NCBI GenBank assembly: GCA_964270895.1
Contig: OZ185435.1
Direction: 5' to 3' (one strand)
DNA from: Podarcis filfolensis
Taxonomy: Eukaryota
Length of the DNA stretch: 64,000 nt
Part shown: in pieces, positions 59,730 through 64,000 of the stretch
How positions within the stretch are numbered: position 1 is the first letter of the stretch
Layout: every line of letters starts with the position of its first letter
Notes under the pieces: model-generated
Told to the model about the DNA's origin: nothing
Seen by the model: the letters and a program-made list of their open reading frames with translations, nothing else
The model's database searches: none
Program-made: the position numbers and the translations under genes

Positions 59730-61242
59730 ATAAATATATATGAAAATCTGAATACTGATTGTGATTTTCTCTTGCTTCAGAACTGCCTTTTAAATTACTC
59801 TACTTTGGGACATATTAATCTTGGCATGCCAAGCATTTTGCATATTTCATTCTGTATGCTCTCAATTTCTCCTTTATTAAAGGTTATAATTCTCGTAGGG
59901 AGGGTGCCATAGCCAAAGGAATGAAAATAGTTTTAAATGCTCTTATGAATTAAACTAAAAATACATTCATTGCCACTGTTGCATTGTCCACATAATTTGT
60001 GGAAAAGGGCAAATCAGAAAATCATATTGGCCTATTAATGATTTAAGAGTTTGACATGAAAGTCAAGAAGCAAAGGAATTTTTTTGTCTTAACTCATGCC
60101 ATTAAAACAACTATTTGTTTTGCTTTCTTCCATGGCATTCATAATAATTTTATAACACGTATTGCAATACATACAAGGACACAGCAAATTCTAACTTTGG
60201 CTGGGAAATTTGGCAGTGTGAATGGAGCGGTAGAGCCACCACCATGTTCAAAGCCCTGACACTAATGCTGACCAAGTAAGGAGGAGGGGGCACTATTTTT
60301 AATTTTTTCACTGCACCAATTCCAGGCTGATGCAGCAAAGATGATTAGAGAGCTCTTTGAGAGCCAGAAACCAGCAGTTCCTTGAACGGTCCACCTCCAC
60401 CCGACTGCCACCTATTAGGGCCTAGAACTGCAGCACGAAATAGCCAACTGATTGATCTCTCTCAGCAAGACAAAGCTTAAACTAGGTGAACAGGATATGA
60501 ATCCAAACCAGCACTTCAGCTTTTGAAAAATAGCTGGTTTCTAGGCAACATTGCAACTTCAAAGGAAAATCCTGAAAATATGATGTTGCATGTGCCATAA
60601 CTGAACTTTCCCAGATGAAATCATTATCCACAACGACAGGCACTCACAATCCACATCTGACAGACAGTATGAGAAAGAAGCCTGAACTATGGAAGACAAA
60701 GATCTACTCTGTTCAAGTTGGGAAATTGCTACTTGGAACATCTTGAACTGAAAGGTAAAGGAAATGAATTTTAGAGGCTCTTAAAAGGTACAGAAAATGG
60801 CACCATTCACATTTATATACAGAGGGAAACAATAAGCAGTTGATTATGAAATGCTGTGCATCTTAAAATGCAAGGACACAAATATTTATGCAAGGATATT
60901 CTTCAGTAAGAACCATTAGGATTTTATGAGGTATTTGACAGAATGTGTTGACACCTGAAAGCAATGGTTAAATGTTTTAGTGGTCTTAGGCAAATTAGTA
61001 TCACATCAGGACTCAAGTAAAACATTCCCATCACCTCTGTTTACCTCAAGTAACCTTTTTTTTTAAAAAACAACCCTATATTTTATATTTGCAATTTTAC
61101 TTAAATATAAACAAGTCAATGTTAATCAACATTATGGTTAAACACTTGAGAAACTTTAATAATGTTTGATTCAGTTTATCCCCCAGCAAATTTCAATTGG
61201 AAACTTGATCCAACTTTTGAAAAAGATTTTCAGCTCACTTAC

Positions 61243-61431
61243 CCTCTTCAAAGCCATCCCGGAATGACCCTGAACGGCTCATTGTCCTGCTCTTTTCATC
61301 CAGTGACATTGAGCTGTTCCGGAACCGGGTGTCACTGTAAGGATCATAAGGGCCATCCGCATTAGAAAGACTGTGCGTCCGTAGCATGGTTGGGTTTGAC
61401 AAGCTCATCTGGGCTGCTGTGGTGGGGCTTG
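61243..61431 (-). CDS. NAV2: NAV2 exon (189 nt), most 5' exon found in the window; the gene continues beyond 64000
   Basis: ctttctag|; (A)SPTTAAQMSLSNPTMLRTHSLSNADGPYDPYSDTRFRNSSMSLDEKSRTMSRSGSFRDGFEE; G|GTAAGT. Confidence 0.96.
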
Positions 61432-62096
61432 CTAGAAAGCAAGGCAGACACAGAAAGTTCAAAAATCTATGCACATGCAAGTACCAAAAGAAGCAACTCT
61501 ATCACTACAAAAAGGTATCAGTCTCTGTCTACATCTAATTAACTGAAAAGCTATACAAAGTCGACAATGGTACAAAGTTGATTTCGACACATGACATTGA
61601 GCTCATTGAGCAATCTTCTAATCACAGACATTCATATTCCACACAGCCTTTCATGTTTCCCCCTCCCCTCATTCCTATGTCCCCTTGAATTTTGGAGTTA
61701 GCTTGGTTTGGGTTACTCCTGCATCAGCATCAAGACTAATTATGATTTGTTAAAATGTTGCTATAGCACTAGCTTTGAGTAGTGATCAAGGCAGAGGGAA
61801 GGCAAGCAAAGGCCCCCAAGAACTCTGGGGTGCAGAGACAAGGATTGCAGATGCCTAGGCACAGGCCCCAACACAACTCCAGACCTCACCTGAGATGGGT
61901 CCTTCTGAGTCAAAACCCCTAGAACAACACTCCTGGGTCAGAACACCTTTAAAAGAACCACTACTGTCATCACTAAGGGCCTCTCTATATTCAGTTTGCC
62001 ATCTGGCAAAGAATATAATGTACCTGGGCATATATAACTGAGCAGCAAAAGAGTGCAAGGACGCTGCTTTAAACATTTTTAGATACTAATGGCATA

Positions 62097-62478
62097 CAGG
62101 GAGTGGGTGGCGCTGTGGTCTAAACCACTGAGCCTCTTGGGTCTGCCAATCAGATGGTTGGTGTTTTGAATCTGTGCAACGGGGTCAGCTCCCATTGCTC
62201 TGTCCCAGTTCCTGCCAACCTAGCAGTTCAAAAGCATACCAGTGCGAGTAGATAAATAAGTACCACTGTGGCGGGAAGGTAAACAGCATTTCTATGCACT
62301 CTGGTTTCCGTCACAGTGTTCCGTTGTGCCAGAAGCGGTTTAGTCATGCTAGCCACATGACCCAGAAAGCTGTCTGTGAACAAATGCTAGCTCCCTCGGC
62401 CTGAAACGAGATGACTGCTGCACCCCATAGTTGCCTTTGACTGAACTTAACCATCCAGGGGTCCTTTACCTTTTACCT
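62097..62478 (+). mobile_element. Sauria-type SINE
   Basis: Homologous to 19738-20121; ACCTTT tail; 13-bp TSD TACTAATG(G/A)CATA at 62084-62096 and 62479-62491. Confidence 0.93.
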
Positions 62479-64000
62479 TACTAATGACATATGTGGGTCT
62501 TGTTTGAGCAAGGTGTTTTGCTTGGAGCTGTCCATGGTACTGCTGTCCCTACACATTCTGACTGATTAATAGTTGCCATCCCTTTTACTTCCTAACACCA
62601 TGTCTGTTTCCTACCACCCACTGAAACCCTATTCTACCTACAGCTGCACACTCTGTCTTGGAGCTAATCCAGATCAGTGAAAATACTGGTGAAAGCATAA
62701 TACTAATTATGGTTAGCTCCAAAAACTGTAAAGAAGGGAATTTTACATGCAAGAGCAGGGCAGAGAAAAGAGTGCAAGTCCATGGGGCACTCAAGTACAG
62801 TTAGAAGACTGGATGGCATTATACCTACACTGGTCTTCATTGGTAAGCTACATCAAACAAATGTCTCCTCATAATATATCAATTCTGTAATCATCAGTGG
62901 AATAATTTTCTATCAGACAAAATCCATCACCCAAAGTAACAAAAATGATGATTTGTACAGAGAATGAGTGCTGCTTGTTATTCATTCTAGTTCCAAGAAT
63001 TAAAGCTCCACTTCCCATTTCATATAGAGTTAGCATTAGCTTAGAATAAAATGGACTCAAGTTTTCCCATCATACTAGCAAAGCTGATGGGATGAGAGAA
63101 ACAAAAAGCAATCCCTGCAAAAGGCATGAATCCCAAGTTGTTCACTGCAGGTGTGGTCTGGCTTATTTCTTCTATCCTTTCAAGAAAGCACAAGTTCTAA
63201 GCAAGCAGTAAAAGCTGCAGGAACAGGCAATATAGGCTTGCATCTCTTACAACATGTGTTTTAATCAGATTTTATTGCAGTGTCTTGGCATTTTATTGTA
63301 TGTCATTACTGTTGGTAGGCACTGGTTGATGGAAAGGTGGGGTACAAATTTAACAAAGAAATAAATTATATGGTAAATATATAATCTTAATCAAGAACTT
63401 TGACACTTTATTAACAGGATTCCTTGAAATACACTTTTTTAAAAAGCTCCTTGAAGATGGAACTACTTCAATGCAGAAATCAGTAAAATTACAAGGATAG
63501 GCCACAGGTTTCTGCAAGTCACAAAGCAATGCCCCACGGGTATACACTTAGCTTTTTCATATATAGTCATTCTTGTAAACTGGTGAATGTATTTAAACAT
63601 AACAGTCAAACAAGAGCAAAGTACTCCAGGGTTTGTTTTTAGGGAGATATCAAAAATGGAAATGTACAATATTTCATAATTAGTATCTGGAATTAAGACG
63701 GGTATATATGTATGGAATTTTCCTTCTTGAGGTAAGGCATTTACAGGACTGGGTTCCCAGGATGAAGACTGTGTTAATATAGCTGGAGTTCAGGCTATAA
63801 TCCAAGTGAGCTTTAAAGGACAGGAAGAGTATGGGGTTTGAGAATCCTGAATGCGAATGATATGGCTGTTAAGCCACACACTGATAGGGGAGGTTCCTTA
63901 CTGGTTTGTCAAATAACACTTTTTTAATATTCAAGTTCATAAGTTTACTGTTCTAACCAAATGTCATGACAAACTTATAGAAATAGTGCTAATACAATAA

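Noticed and set aside
1-64000. CRISPR arrays, rRNA, snoRNA or prokaryotic systems
   Set aside because: No regularly spaced repeat-spacer structure or recognisable structural RNA; the sequence is eukaryotic with spliceosomal introns.

Overview
Vertebrate genomic DNA, almost certainly from a squamate; the Sauria-type SINEs, BovB, CR1 and MITE content suggest a lacertid-like lizard (inference). Two protein-coding genes lie tail-to-tail. (1) A complete 4-exon DBX1 homeobox gene on the + strand (CDS 7981-8374, 9054-9155, 11634-11833, 13748-14122; 1071 nt, 356 aa) with a TATA/CCAAT CpG-island promoter. (2) The last 20 coding exons of NAV2 (neuron navigator 2) on the - strand (61431 down to the stop at 26644; 2654 coding nt), covering coiled-coil segments and the AAA+ domain. 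All splice phases were checked by hand and are consistent. NAV2 includes a 9-nt microexon (VNE), a 24-nt exon and one GC-AG intron, and probably a ~6 kb 3'UTR. The rest is intronic or intergenic sequence with identifiable retro- and DNA-transposon insertions, several retaining target-site duplications, plus microsatellites. No prokaryotic-type system, CRISPR array or new protein-coding gene is supported. The best leads are regulatory or splicing-related: a candidate 100-nt poison exon in NAV2, a Penelope-derived 72-bp hairpin beside a small exon, a near-consensus Pax6 site in DBX1 intron 2, a strong CTCF motif between the genes, and a TCF/Otx/E-box cluster in a NAV2 intron. All enhancer and binding-site calls rest on motifs alone and are untested.
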